A DNA stretch of 64,000 nt, taken from the human T2T-CHM13v2.0 reference genome, Homo sapiens. Shown here in pieces: positions 42,705-57,873 of this stretch; position 1 is the first letter of the stretch; every line of letters begins with the position of its first letter. The stretch lies in NCBI RefSeq assembly GCF_009914755.1, contig NC_060928.1; one strand, 5' to 3'. The notes beneath the pieces are model-generated. The model had not been told where the DNA came from. It did not search any database and worked only from the letters and a program-made list of their open reading frames with translations. Both the position numbers and the translations under genes were made by a program.

Positions 42705-44230
42705 AAATTAAGAACTCCAAATAGCCAGAACAATTTTGAAACTGAAAAAGAATTGAAGGTTTTATCTTTCCTAATTTCAAAACTTATGACAAATCTGCTG
42801 TAATCAAACAGCGTGGTATTGGCATAAAAACAGACACAGGCCAATGGACTGCAATAGAGTCCAGAAATACACTATCACATATATGGCCAAATGATTTTCA
42901 ACAAGGGTGCCAAGAGTATTCAGTGGGGAAAAGGACAGTCTTTTTAACAAATGGTTTTGGGAAAATTGGATATCCACTGCAAAAGAATGAAGTTGGACCC
43001 ATACTTTGCACCATATATAAAAATTAACTCAAAATATATCAAAGACTTAAATGTAAGACCTAAAGCTATAAAACTCTTAGAAAACAACATAGGAGAAAAG
43101 TTTCATGACACTGGATTTTGCAGCAATTTCTTGAATATGACACCAAAAGCACAGGCAACAAAAGAAAAAAATAGGTAAATTGGACTACATCAAAATTATA
43201 AACTTCTGTGGATCAAAGGACACCATCAAAGTGAAAAGGTAACCATTGAAATGGGAGAAAATATTTCTCAATCAAATATCTGATAAGGCATTATTACCTA
43301 GAACATATAAAGATTTGCTACAACTCAACAACAACAAAATAACCTAGTTAAAAATGAATAAATGACTTCAATAGACATTTTTTCCAAAGCAGATATACAA
43401 AATATCAATAAGCATACAAAAATATGTTCTACATCACTAATCATCAGGGAAATACAAACCAAAACTACAATAAAATATCATCTCACACCCCTTAGGATGT
43501 TTACTATTAAAAAGTAAAACAGAAAGTAACAGGTGTTGGTGAAGATGAAGATATATTGGATTTTTGTGCACTGCCCTGTTGCTGGGAATGTAAAATGGTG
43601 CAATCACTAGGCAAAACAGTATGGCAGTACCTAAAATAAATTAAAAATAGAATGCAATTGCTATATAACCTAACAATTCCACTTCTGAATATAAACAAGA
43701 GAATTGAAAGCAGGGTCTTGAAAAGATATTTGTATACCCATGTTCATGGTAGCATTATTCACAATAGCCAAGAGTTGTGGAAGCAATAAAAATATCCATG
43801 AAAGGATAAATGTATTAAAAAATTGTAGACTATCCACACAATAGAATACTATTCAGCCTTATGAGGAACCCACGTCCTGTCACATGCTACATTATGGATA
43901 TAATTTGAGTATATTTTGCTAAGTGAAACAAGCCGATCACAAAGACAAATAACGTATGAACCTGCTCCACCTATATTACATATCTGGAGTAGTTAAATTC
44001 ACAAAAACAGAAAGCAGAATAGTAATTGTCAGGTACTAGGGGAGAAAGAAATGCAGAGTTGTTATTTAACAGGTACAGAGTTTTTGTTTTGCAAGAAGAA
44101 AAAGCTCTTGAGCTCTGTTGTGCAACAACCCAAACATATTTATCACTAATTAGCTATATCCTTAAAAATGCTTAAGATGGTAAATTTTACAGTATGTGTA
44201 TTTTACCACAAGTAATTTTTTTAATGAAAA
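42705..44230 (+). mobile_element. L1MB-like LINE (ORF2 3' part and 3'UTR)
   Basis: ORF 42951-43178 KRMKLDPYFAPYIKINSKYIKDLNVRP. 3' end TTAAGATGGTAAATTTT..TATTTTACCACAA. Confidence 0.88.
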
Positions 44231-44841
44231 CAAAATTCTGAAGACAATACTTAGGGAGTTGAGACAGAAACCAATGGAAGAACTTTCCCCAGCCCCAGGA
44301 GGGAACATTCACAAGGTGGGCCTTATGTTGTTTCCAAATCACTGTAGACATAGGACTCTTTAGGATCTCCTTTTCTTTTATTTTTCAAATGTACATGTAC
44401 ATTGAATCTTGCCTTTTTTATTATACAGTTGGTATAGAGAAATTTTTTTAAAATTTTATTATTTCTTTAATCCTTGAGCAGTCACATCTAGACCTTTGAA
44501 CCATCCAGAGTTCAAGACTGTAAATAATTATTTAATTATATATATACTTTTAAAAGTTACCATTCAACACAGTTTCCTAGATTTTAAATGTAAGTTTTTG
44601 CATCATTAGATCAAAATACTTTATAATCAATATCTGTCGATTAAAGTAACAATTAATATAAGGACTTTATTGCAAGAGTTCTACATGGATACAAGTACAC
44701 ATATACACCAACCATAAACTGAAAACAAAACTATGTAATAATATTCAAATAAATTCCATGTAAATTATATTTCTGTATTAGTTTTCTATTGCTACTGTAA
44801 CAACTTATCACAAACTTAGTGCCTTAAAGCAATGCAAATTC

Positions 44842-45145
44842 TGGCCCGCACGGTGGCTCACGCCTGTAATCCCAGCACTTTGGGAGGCCAAGGTGGGTGG
44901 ATCACGAGGTCAGGAGATCAAGACCATCCTGGCTAACGTGGTGAAACCCCATCTCTACTAAAAAATACAAAAAAAAAAAAAATTAACCGGGCGTGGTGGC
45001 GAGTGCCTGTAGTCCCTGCTACTTAGGAGGCTGAGGCAGGAGAATGGCATGAACCTGGGAGGCGGAGCTTGCAGTGAACCGAGATCGCACCACTGCACAC
45101 TCCAGTCTGGACCACAGAGTGAGACTCCGTCTCAAAAAAAACAAA
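44842..45145 (+). mobile_element. AluY-like SINE
   Basis: AluY diagnostics. Perfect 16-bp TSD AAAGCAATGCAAATTC (44826-44841, 45146-45161) at a TT/AAAG target. Confidence 0.96.
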
Positions 45146-45375
45146 AAAGCAATGCAAATTCATTACCTTACAGTTCCGGAAGTGAGAAGTCCAAAATGGA
45201 TCAGCAGCGCTGCATTTCATCTGAAGGCTCTAGAGGAAAATGTATGTTGCTTTTCCTAGCTCCTAGAGACTGCCTCCATTCTTTGCCTTATGGCTCTACA
45301 TTACTCCCACCTCTGCTTTAGTTGTCACATCCTCTGAGTTTCTTGACTTCCTATTTCTCTTATAAAAGACCCTGT

Positions 45376-45742
<367 letters not shown>

Positions 45743-45974
45743 TCAAAATTCTTAATTTAATCACATCTGCGAATTTCTTTTTGCCATGTAAGGTAACATA
45801 TTCACAGATTCCTGGCATTGGGGCATGGACATCTTTGGGGGCCATTATTAGATTGTTTCTAAACAACTAAATCTTGTGTTGCTTTTTTTTTTAATGTAGC
45901 ATTATTGTGGCCTTAATTGACTGATAGAATACCTTTTTAACTTTAATTAAAATTGTCATAAAATTGAATTTTAA

Positions 45975-46425
45975 AATGACACAAAAAGTACTGGCTACAA
46001 AGAAAAATATTGATAAACTGAATTACAATATAATTAAAGCTTCTGTTCATCAAAATGTATTGAGTGAAAATACATCATACTAACTAAATACAACTGACAC
46101 GGGGACTTATTCACAGTATATTTTAGGAACTCCTACAAATCAGTATGAAAACAATAGATAATCCCAGAGAAAATAGTCTAGAGATTTAAGCAAGACTTTC
46201 CCTAAGGAGATATTCAGATATCCACGTACGTATGAACATTGCTATGCTTCATCAGCCATCAGGGCAAAGCAAAGTAAAACCCCAACAAGATACAACCATC
46301 CACCCACCCAAAGGACTAAAATAGACTGAAAATTTACATGCTACCCAGATTATCATAGCGTACTAGTGGCAAGAAATTGCTACAAGCACTTTGGAAAACA
46401 GTTTAGCAATATGTTATAAATTGGG
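45975..46425 (+). mobile_element. Old L1M ORF2 3' fragment
   Basis: TTCTGTTCATCAAAA; GAACTCCTACAAATCAGTA; CACTTTGGAAAACAGTTTAGCA. Confidence 0.65.
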
Positions 46426-46519
46426 GGAAAGACTGTCTACTTGAGAAACAGAGCAGAGGCCGGTATAGGTAAACATCCTGAGGTAAGGAGAGACTAGTAT
46501 GAGAAGAATTTGAGTACAG

Positions 46520-46890
46520 ACACCATGCTAAGCAAAACCTTTTAGGATGTGGTAAATAAAATGCAGTTTTCATTGTAAGTGCAATGGAAAGACACATTGT
46601 TATGTGTGGAGAATGAGTTGAAATGGGGCAAAAAAAAAAAAAAAAGCAAAATGACTAGTTAGTAGGATTATGTTAGAAATCAGTAACTAAAAGGATTAGG
46701 GTGATGGCGATGGAACTGCAAAGAAGCAAGTGGATTCAAAATGTATTTTGGAGGCGTAATCAAATGAATAAAAGGTTATGTGGAAGCCAGGGTTTGTAAG
46801 ACAAAGAAAAAACAAACAGGAGAAAGGAAGATGTTTCCTAATTTCTCTGGCTGAGCGATTTGGTGCATGATACGGTTTATTCATTTCTTA
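46520..46890 (-). mobile_element. L2 fragment
   Basis: GTAAGTGCAATGGAAAG; GTGGATTCAAAATGTATTTTGGAGG. Confidence 0.6.
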
Positions 46891-48244
46891 AGACAAGGAA
46901 GAAATTAAGTGAACTTCTAGGAGGTTTTGCCTTTCTACTTTGACAGATTGAATTTTGTTTCTCTTTGCTCTACATTTCTTACCCTGCCATGCATCATTGG
47001 GATCTGGTTTAATGAGGGGCATGTTAAGGAGAAAATAGCATGGACCATAAGTAGATAATCCAACATCTCTGCGATCAACACTTCTAAGAGTTCAGAATAC
47101 AGATAGGAATTTCATTTCTTCACACTTCTCTGTAAACACATGAGTGAGACAAAGAATTTGTCTCCATTACTAATCACCTCACGAGGAAGTGTGTTATAGA
47201 AGAATAGTAAGGATGTTAAAAGAAATCAAACTGTATAATACGGGTAATAAAGATTTTGCTTTGGATTTTTATTTAATTTGTGCTTTAACTGAATTGTTCA
47301 GGAAAAAATTAGATGTACTAATAATAGGTTTAATGTAAAATGTACTAATTTCTTAGAAAATAAGTAATATGTCATATGAGAAAATAGCAGTTAATTATTA
47401 CAGTGACTTTTATTTTACTTTGTTGAGACAATAATTGTCTTCATAGTCTATCTGGGAAATGTACACTGTTAATTATTATCTCATTTTCCTAAACAGAAGG
47501 ATGCTAAATTAGTGATTTTAACAGAAGTAGAAACTAGCACAAAGCAATGTATTATTTAATATTTCTTGAATTTTATTTGCTATGCTCAAAAGTATTTGGT
47601 CAGGATAATTTGGCAGATCAATTTAATGCTAATAATAATTAATATTAAAAAGAGGACAGACTGAATATAATGCCATATTTCTAATGGAAATGTATTAAAA
47701 ATTCAGGCAAAATATTGAATGTAAATAATTTGGATTACAACTTCCAAGTTAATTATCACAAAAGAAATGTTAGCTTTTCACCTATTACACATTTTATTAC
47801 AATATTTTAGACCATTCATCACCTTCAAGAGAATGTCTGCACTTCATTTTTATAATTTATAGTGACTAAAATGTGAGAAAATACTGATTTTCAGATCAGT
47901 GAATAATTTAAATAAATTAACGTATAAACTAAAATCTAATTTTAGTTCTTACCAGCCCCTTTTTCTTGACTCTTTCATGGTCTAAATCAATCTTTGGAAA
48001 ATATGAGTGAAGGTGGAATTTGAAATGCTAAATTTGCTATAAAAATGTCATTCACCTATCCTCCAGGATTCTTCATTAAAAAGAAGCAGTCTAGGCACTT
48101 TGCTTTATTTCTAACTATTATTGAGGTAAAAATAGAAAAAAAATAGGCTAAGAATTCATATCAGTGCAATTAATCTTTTACAACTACCTTACCCTATTTT
48201 TGCAATAGTTAAGGCAGAAACTGGAGATTTTAATGATTTCTTAC

Positions 48245-49120
48245 TTTTTTTCACATACATTTAAGGAGTACAAGCTCAATTTTGTCACATGGGCATATTG
48301 CATAGTGGTGAAGTCTTAGTTTTAGTGTATCCATCACCTGAATTATTTACCATCCACCCCCCACACACACCATGTGCACCCCACCACACCATGTGCACCC
48401 CCCTGCACCTACCTTCTGAGTCTCCAATGCTTATTACTTCACATTCTATGGCCAAATCCCATTTACCCACTGTTGTTTTTGTTGCTTGTGCTCTTATGGT
48501 CTTAGTCATGAATCTTTGCCTGGACTATTGAGTCTTCATTAAATTTCTCTAGGGTTTCTTCTAGTATTTTTGTATTTTTAGGTCTTACACTTAAGTCTTT
48601 CATCCATTTTGTGTTGATTTTTGTGTATGGTGAGAGATTTGGGTCTGTTTTCAGTCTTTTGCATGTGGCTATCTAATTTTCACAGTACCACTTATTGAAA
48701 AGGATTTCCTTTCCCCAGTGTATGTCCTTGCTGACTCTGCCAAAGATCAGCTGGCTGTGGATATGTGGCTTTACTTCTGGGTTCTCTATTCTGTTCCATT
48801 GGTCTATATATCTGTTTTTATGCCAGTACCACACAATATGATGCCTCTAGCTTTGTGCTTTTGGCTTAGGATTACTTTGGTTATTTGGTCTCTTTCTGGT
48901 TCCATATGAATTTTAGGATTGCTTATTCTAATTCTTTGAAAAATGATATTGGTATTTTAATAGGGATTGCAGTAGATCTGAAATTGCTTTGCATAGTATG
49001 GTCATTGTAATAATATTAATTCTTCTGATCTATGAGCATGTGATATTTTTCTAATTGTGTCATCTGCATTTCTTTCATGAGTGTTTTGTAGTTCTCTTTA
49101 GATCTTTCACTTCCTTGATT
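48245..49120 (-). mobile_element. L1PB3/4-like LINE, truncated, with large internal deletion
   Basis: 3' end GTACAAG..CATATTGCATAGTGGTGAAGTC. Jumps at ~48450 from 3'UTR into ORF2 (AQATKTTVGKWDL). Duplication with a 19-bp period at 48366-48401. Confidence 0.85.
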
Positions 49121-50229
49121 AGAGAGCTATTACCTTGCATTTGTTGAAGGGATTTCTCACTGCAAAATTCTGTTCTACACACTAGTAAATTCTCACAAGT
49201 CTGTGAGGAAATTTATAGAAGCTTTTCATACTCTGAATTTATGGCTGATAAAATTTAAAAATATATACATAATTTGACTATTAGATCAGATTCTGATATG
49301 CAGGAGATGTATATCCTGGCCTAAAATAAATTACATTGATACCTAATCCCCATCCTGCCAGGTAGGAAAGTCAGTTATAGTTAATGCTTTCTCCTTTCAA
49401 AGCATAACCAGGAATCTAGCAAAAGTCTAATGTCTCATGAAAAGTAATAAATTCTAGAAAGCCCCTTTGTTCTATTATCCATACTCCTGGTAATTGTGCC
49501 CTGGGTTCCAACTGACAGAGTCTTTTAAGTCTGTCAAGCGCATTGGCTTAGAAGACTTCCTGCTTTGCTAAATGACAGGACTATTGGTAAGATGAGGAGC
49601 CCCTACCCACCTCAGGGAGTCTCCCTGAATCACCCAGCCTCCGCAGTTTCTACACCTTTGCCATTTCCCTGACACATAATGGACAAGCCAAGCTCTTTCC
49701 TGTCTCTGTACAGATCTATTCCTTTTCCTTCCATCTGTGATTGTAGACACTCTCTCCTCTCTCCCTTATTCCCAAATGGAGTTTACTTTCTTGCCTGTCC
49801 TAAAACTTTAGCAACAGGTACAAAGACATCCGGCAGACATTGCCTTTAACATTTGTCAAAGTCCCTGAGGCAAGACATTAAAAGAGACTGAGTACTTGGA
49901 TGAAAAATACAAAAGACTGATACAAAATTAACATCTCAGAAATTATTTTGCTGAGAATAAAAACTACAGGAACTACATGTGATGCCATGAGTCGAAAGCA
50001 TTGGAACCTTGGCTTCCTAAATCCAAATTCAATACTTTTTTACTATATCATTTTGTGGATTTTGTATCCTCAATTAGTGCCTGTTCTGAGATTATTGTAC
50101 GTAGTATTATTCTAACTAGTTTTCATTTTCTTGCTAGTTTGTCTGATAAAATATCTGATATCTGGCTGTTCACCCCAGATTATCAAGATTGTCTACATAA
50201 TAGTTCCTCATGTCTTCTATTAATTTTTT

Positions 50230-50830
50230 TTAAATAAGCATCAGCCGGGTGCTACACAGGTAGTGTGATGAACGAGGTCTTTATCCATGTGTGATGATGT
50301 TGTGGGAGGAAACAGTGGCTGCTTGAAGAAAATAATCTAAACTGAGAACTGAAGAAATTTTAGGAGTCATGCAGATAAATAGGATGAGGAGGGAAGATGG
50401 AGAGATAGTGTTTGGCAGAAGAAGGCATAAATTCAACGTCCAAGACAGTGCATGGGCCTTCCCAAGAATTAAAAGAAGTTCAATACAGCAAATCTTCAAA
50501 AGCCTTATAGATCAAGTTAAGGAATTCAGGTTATGGGCTAATGATTTTGGAGAAATGTCACTAAAGGACTCAGGAATTATATAAAGAGTTTGATGAAACC
50601 AGAGCAGTATTTGATAAAGATAACGGAATGGAGCATACAGGACGGAGGAAGGCAGCGATGGTGGTTGGGGGAGGACGGTGCACAATATTAGGTTCTGGAA
50701 GGCCACTGAAGAGACTCTGACAGTGGTTCAACTATGAAAATATTCATAACTGGGACTAGGAAAATGGCGAGCCAAAGAGCCAAAGAAGGAAAATTTTAAA
50801 AATAAATTCCAGTGGTATGTTCAGTAAGGT
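50230..50830 (-). mobile_element. L2 fragment
   Basis: AGCCTTATAGATCAAGTTAAGGAATT; TTAGGTTCTGGAAGGCCACTG. Confidence 0.55.
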
Positions 50831-52037
50831 TTTTTATGAAAATACATTACAGTGACTCATGCAGTATGCCCTTCTCGCTTAAATTCCTATGGTACAGAAG
50901 CAGACAACTCTAGATGCTCAATCTTTCACCCCTGCCCTCCCATGTAGCCATAGTGACCATGTGCCAGGGCTCTGCTCATGAGTTAAAACACCAGAATCAT
51001 CATTGAGGGTATCTCTTCCCAAATCAAAAAGGCAAAGCCTTGCAGGGTGGAAATCCTTTTGCCATTTACTATCATCCATCCTAACCCAGACCATTCTTAA
51101 AAGATGATGATGCTTGGAAAACAATTTTTCTTTCAGTTATTTAAATTAAGAGCTTACATTCTCCAAGTGCAGAATGGAAGAGGAATGTATCCATGTGTCT
51201 CTTTAGATAATAAGCTGACAATCCAACACTGTGCCTCAGCCCTCCCTGCTCCCTAGCCCATGCAACTAGGGCTACCAACCACAGCTAATAGGCCTCATGC
51301 TGTGTGCATGCCCACAGTGCATGGACTTCAAAACTTCTCATTTGATCCTTAATTAAAACCACTTTGCTGAGCAAAAAGCTGACTGATTGCCTTAGGAGAT
51401 CTACAAAATAGACACTGTTTTATTTATCAGTACCTGAATTTATACATTACACACATTATAATTTATAACAAATTATGTCATTTCTATGAGGATGTCTTAT
51501 TACCTAGAAATAACTACTACATTAATAGAGGAAAAAATGTACTTGCCAAGTCTTTCAGACCAGGGAGGGCTGAGGCAGAGTGCTGGATTCTGTCAGCTTA
51601 TTATCCAAAAAGACAGGTAGATAAATTCCCCTTTCATTCTGCACTTGAACACCTAGTTATTATCCTCCTTGTGCTTACATTGTTAAGCCTTTCTCCTGGA
51701 AGTGGCAGATAGTAACTGCTTTGAAATAATGCTTAAAGGATCTCTATGTGTCTGGATGGAGTTAAGGCACACTCTACATGTGGAACTTCCTTAGAGTGGG
51801 AATGAGCGCTGAGCTTGAAACATTTCTGGAAACTTCAGGAACCTTGGGGAATGAAAAACTATAAATAAATGAAATGAGAGCATTCCTGAAACCTGTAAGC
51901 AGGGTAGAACTCCCTGGTATAACCTTGAAAGTGAATATGGATTTTGCTTTCAGGCCATAGAAATGAGCTCACAACTGAATTAGAAAAACCAAGCAGATCC
52001 TGAATTATTCTGCTGTTTCCCAGTGTACCTGTAATAA

Positions 52038-52352
<315 letters not shown>

Positions 52353-52614
52353 GAATTGATTTTTTTTGTAAGAAATAAATGACTTCCTGGCTAAAAGTGA
52401 ATAAAGAATTAGTAAACTAATTGGTGTGTTTTCTAAAATAGAAGTGGTAAATTACCTAGATAAAAGATAAGAGATCCAATTTTAAAAATATGGAATAATT
52501 ATTTAATTAGAACCTTCTTACTATGTAAACACCTTACCTTAATTCGTTTCCCTAGTTATAAAGCAGTTTCCATATGAACTGGAAGCATATATGTTTTCAT
52601 GTGTGTTTTCTAAA

Positions 52615-52675
52615 GACTGCTACAGCTCCTGGCACATAATAAGTATGTAATAAATATTTGTTGAATAAATGAATT
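52615..52675 (+). mobile_element. L2 3' terminus
   Basis: CCTGGCACATAATAAG..AATAAATATTTGTTGAATAAATGAA. Confidence 0.7.
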
Positions 52676-55600
52676 TTCACTTGATTTATTAATACTTTTG
52701 GTCAGCAAATTTTCTGAGATGATGTTTTTTTAACTGTAAATTGTAACTCGACTATTGGCTGAATTGGACATAGAGTTTGCCTAAAAATTTATGGTCATTC
52801 AAACATGAATTGACCATGTTATAAAAATACAGGGATTACATTAGCAATAACTAAAATGCCAATTTCAAATACTATTTGAATTTCCTTTTCTTTCCTCTAT
52901 TCTGTTCACCACCTGAGAGGAATATAGCTTTGCATGTGACATTTAAAAATATAGGATAGCAGTGGCTACAGCTATCCTATAGTGACTTCATTATTGTCTT
53001 TCATAAATATTTGAATCGTCTTATTTGTGGAAAAATATTGCTTTGTGTAACATGCTCTGAAAAAAAAAATCCTTCTGTATGTGTTTCATTTCATTGTTTT
53101 TGATGTGTTTTCTTCCAACCACTAGTTAAAATTCAAAAATCAAAATTAATTGTAAAGAAGTAAAGTTTGTTACTGGAGAAAAATTAAGACATTTTCCCAC
53201 TATGTTTTGTTGCGTTCTTTTGAATGCTCATTCTCTCATTATGCAGTTGTATTATGATCAACTCCTCATCATTGTTTAATTGTGTCCTAACTACAGTCCA
53301 AGTGACCTTCTATAATGAGCTTCTCTTTCAGGGATCAGCTCCTCCTCACATTTGAAAATATCGTAGTGTTTTGACTATTATTTTCCTACTTCATGTTATC
53401 TGGTAATTATGGCAATTTACCTTTCTACCTGGCATTATAAAATGGTATTTTTCTCATATTACATTTATTTTCTTAATGACAACAATTATTTTGGAAAGAA
53501 CATATGTGAGAATTACAGAACTGAGATCTTTTCAAAACCTACTCTTTTGACATTCTCAAAACTAATTGTCATTTAAAATGACCTGAGAAGCTAGAGCTCC
53601 TATGAGCTGGCACAATCCTGGCAAGGGTCACTCTCAAAATATCCACTGCAACAAAGCCCATCTATTTGATGCTGGCATGAGTTATTAACCAAAATAAAAC
53701 TGAGACCATGAACTCAGGTTCCCTCAAGCTCTGCACAGCTAAAAGCTCAGTAAGTGAGTAGTATATGGTTCAGCAACCCTCCTAGAAGAGAATGACTCCT
53801 TTCACAGGTGCTTGTTGTACTTTTGGAAAGAGACTTAAGCTATTCTCTAGACTTCTTGGTTATTACTCATGTAGTTAGCAGAGCACCATCTGATTATTTA
53901 TTACTTTAGGAGCTTGCTTTCCTTATCTAAATCATACTGTAAAACATTGAGTTATTTTCCTAGGATTCAGTTATTTCATCAAAATTTTCTTTTTCCTATT
54001 TGGCCCTTTAGAGTGAATTATCCTTAATTATTTTATCTGCTTTATTTGGGAAAGAAAACCATTGCAACTGTAGGTATAGGGACTTTCTCTTTCATCTCTG
54101 CTGTGGGATTAGTCTGCTTTAACTGAAGAGAGTAATTTTAATGAGTTCCTCTGAGACAAATTTTAATTGAAACACCATGAATTGTAACTTTTATGAGGAA
54201 ACTTTCAGTTTGTATTTGGTTCCTACTAGTAGTATTTTCTTTAGCTCAGTATGAGACCGAACCATATTTGCTCTATCTGCATAGATTTCAATAACAACAA
54301 CAAAAAAAGAGTATCAACATTTTTGTGGCTAGTTCTGTAAAGAACCCTTTGTACTTAAATCTAGTTTATGTCTGTTTTCTTAGCTTTACTTATATTTTTT
54401 ATCTTAAGTAGCAAGCAGCAAGTATGAATTGAATCTCACCTAGCCCTTAGGTTTGCCCTTAATGATCTTATAGCTTAGCTCCTCAGTGAACCTCCATTTC
54501 TTCTAATACATTGGCTCTCCAAGTTATATAGTCTTTCCTTTGAAAATATTGATAATTGCAATGAAGTAATTACTATTTTAAAGTACTAGAGCTTCAGATA
54601 ATATTTTTAAAGTTTAGCTTTTAAATGTGTATAAAATGTCTAATAGAGTGTAGCATTTGGTGGGATATAATATACAATATCATGTAACATGATATAAAAT
54701 ATTTATCATATCATATAATAATTTATATATGTATTCACTAATTTGGAAAGTGGATGCTACATAAAAAAAGCTTATGTTATTTTTGACAAATACTATTAAT
54801 TAATTTTTAACACAAAGACCTTAAACCCAAATTAAGAAAACCCACATAAAAAATAAAGACCTAAAACACACATAAAAAACAAGCAAGAATAAGAAGAAAG
54901 AGAAGGAGAAAAAGAGAAAGAGAAGAATGAAAAGGAGAGCCACACTGCTTATGTATACATGATAAATCTGAAATTGCAACATCATCCATTTCCAATACCC
55001 CCACAAAAAAAGGAATAATAGAAGCTTATTATTCAAAACATTATTCAAAGCATTCAAAAAACAAACCTGTGACAGCATGAAAACCATTCCAGGATTTTCA
55101 GTTGCTTCTAATATAATACATAAAGCTGACAGCCATTAATATCACATGTCCTTTGTTTTGAGAGACTATTATTACTTTCAGATTTTTATATAGTTTTATT
55201 GTAAAAGTCTAACAATAATCCCAAAACATAAATTTTCCCCTTAAAGATTAAGAAACTGACATTTTGGGGATTAAAATAAGTGGCAAGATAATATACATTA
55301 CAAATAAAAGAATGGGAGACAAAAACCAAGTCTTTTGATACTTTATAAATTACACATGGATTCCTGCTCCATTTCACATCAATATTTTGTTTATAATACT
55401 TAAAGATTTTTAAAGGCTAATTCTTCACATTATAATTGTTAGTATGATACTAAAAAATCATATCTGAATGCACCAGATTATTATATACTAGTTAGCTCAG
55501 TTTCTCTCAATATGTAGATTTAGTTTTTCAAATTCTTAAATTCAATAGGAATTTTATGCCTAGAAATATGTTATCTATAAGATTGATGTAGTGTTTTTCC

Positions 55601-57795
55601 ATGGAGTCTAAAGGCAAAGGCAATTGATGAGGGCTAAATAATTGGGTATGCATAAGTTTTCAGGCCATATCACGCTTATCCCGCCACCCCCCTCCCCCTG
55701 CCCCAGTATTAATTTTATGTACATTTCTCTTCTGGCAGCCCCATTCCAAAGCTGTAATATACAAGAGGCTAAAAAAAATTCTGCCAAAATTATATTTTAA
55801 TAAAAGCAATGGCTATTTTAGGAGAGGAAGTTGAAGTAAAACAATTCAAGTCATGTATTTAAAAGATAATTATATTAAAAATAACCATAGTTAGGGATGA
55901 TTTCTAAACCTGTCATTGCATATAAAGACAACTATTTTAGAACAAAATTTTAGAACAGTAGTTCACCAAATTATCTGTTCAAGTTCAACACTCACTCATA
56001 CATTCATTGTATAAATTAAAACCCTGTTTAATATAATGGTGATCAGTTCTCTAACTTTCATAAACATGTATTGCGTATCAAGTGTAGAGTTTCTAATGGG
56101 CACAGTGTTCATCACAATCATTACACCTCTCAGGTACTTTCATGTAAACTATATTTTTAAAAATATGATTTTGAAGAGATCTGACAATGTTATTTTTCAG
56201 AGAAAGAACAACCAATATAATGATAAATTATAGCATAAAAAAAAAACTTCCTGACATCTGCAAACAAGTCTGTTCTTTAAGCAGAAAAAAAGAAAATTAT
56301 TGAAGGCAAATTTAGTGGCAGTTCACTGACACTTTTAAAAAAGAATGACTTCCAAGGTTTCCAAGAGAATAGGATAATATTGCATGAATATGGTTTATTA
56401 ATATTCATACTGATACAATCCATAATTTCTGTAAAATTGATCTTCAGTTGTAGTTATAGAAAGATTCAGACAAGGAGAATTCCATGAGTGGAGCATGAAA
56501 CTGGGACTAAGCCTGATCAGATTACATACCAGGAAGTGTACTGACATCATGGTTGTTTATTTCCTTTCTAAGTCATACAGCTGATAACCTATAGTTATTA
56601 GATACCGAAAGGAATGAAGAAAATTTTATAAAACATAGCTGAAAGTAGAAAATGTTGGTATAAAGACAGAAAAGCTATTTGATTAATGTAAAATATAGAT
56701 ATTTCTAATACTGGTGAATTTGGATTTATTAATAGTTATCCTTTAAGAAATTACGCTAATTGAAGGCCTTTCTACATCCCAGGAGGATCTCTTCATTCAA
56801 AAATTTTACCAGAATAATAGTTTGCATATTTCAGTTGTCTGTACTCTCTGTATGCCACATTTGTTGGAACAATTGAAAGTTTGTGAGACATAGATCACTA
56901 GTAATTTTTCATTCCATTTCTATCGAAATGAGGGAGAAAGAATGTTTATACTTCAGTGGGCAGGTTGAAAGTCTTTTCTGGTTCCATAGAAATGTAAATC
57001 CAATTATATTTAAAAGGAAAATTACATATCACTTATACTTCTTATTATAAAACTTTCATGAGTTGTCTTCTTTTATTTATTTGATATTCTAAGTCATCCT
57101 ACTCTTCACTCCACCCCATCTCCAACCACATTGGCCTTGATGAAGAATATGTTTATGTTTTTATCCTTGGATGACAATAGCAAGTGACTTATTTTCTATC
57201 CTCTCATTTTTCCTCATGCCCCCACCCTTTTTTTGTGGTACTTAGTGAATAAGAATTCACCTTTCTTTTAGCATCATGTGCAATTACATAATAAATGGCA
57301 TATGTTCTTATAAGGCATTTGTGGTCACTCACGATGAAATTAAGATGGCAATTGTTATAGAAACTTTTAAATATGATTATATATGCATTAATGACTCAAT
57401 ACAATGAAAAACCAAGTTTGAGAGAAGGATATTATTATTATTAAGTTTATGTATATTTCTTTTCAAGCAAACACCAATAATTATGTCATTAAAGATCTAA
57501 CTAGAACTAATGAGAATGAGCTAGTTAAACCACAGGAAACACCAGCACTGACCTCTGTTCTGCGTAGTCACTGTGGCTGAGCTGGTCGTATTGCCTATGT
57601 GGGGAAGAGGTCCAGATGGCTACTTATTCTCATTCTCACTTGCACAGGATATAAAATATTAGCAATACATCTGTATAAATTAAAAATATATTATAAATAT
57701 ATTACTATACAAAACATTTTGCATAAATTAAACTGAAATAGATTAAACACAAGAATGCACATAGTAATCACAGCATAATACATTTCCTTAAACTT

Positions 57796-57873
57796 TTTTT
57801 TTAAATTGAAAATATTTTTTATTTATTTATTTATTTGTTTTTATTATACTTTAAGTTTTAGGGTACATGTGCA
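57796..57873 (-). mobile_element. Very short 5'-truncated young L1PA insertion
   Basis: TTATTATACTTTAAGTTTTAGGGTACATGTGCA equals the last ~33 nt of L1PA, plus a T-rich tail. Candidate TSD AAACTT at 57790 and 57873. Confidence 0.75.

Noticed and set aside
49612-49628. Palindrome TCAGGGAG-T-CTCCCTGA
   Set aside because: 8-bp arms are expected by chance in 64 kb, and there is no supporting context.
54821-55087. 88-aa F/L-rich ORF
   Set aside because: Reverse complement of an A/G-rich low-complexity tract, with no other coding evidence.
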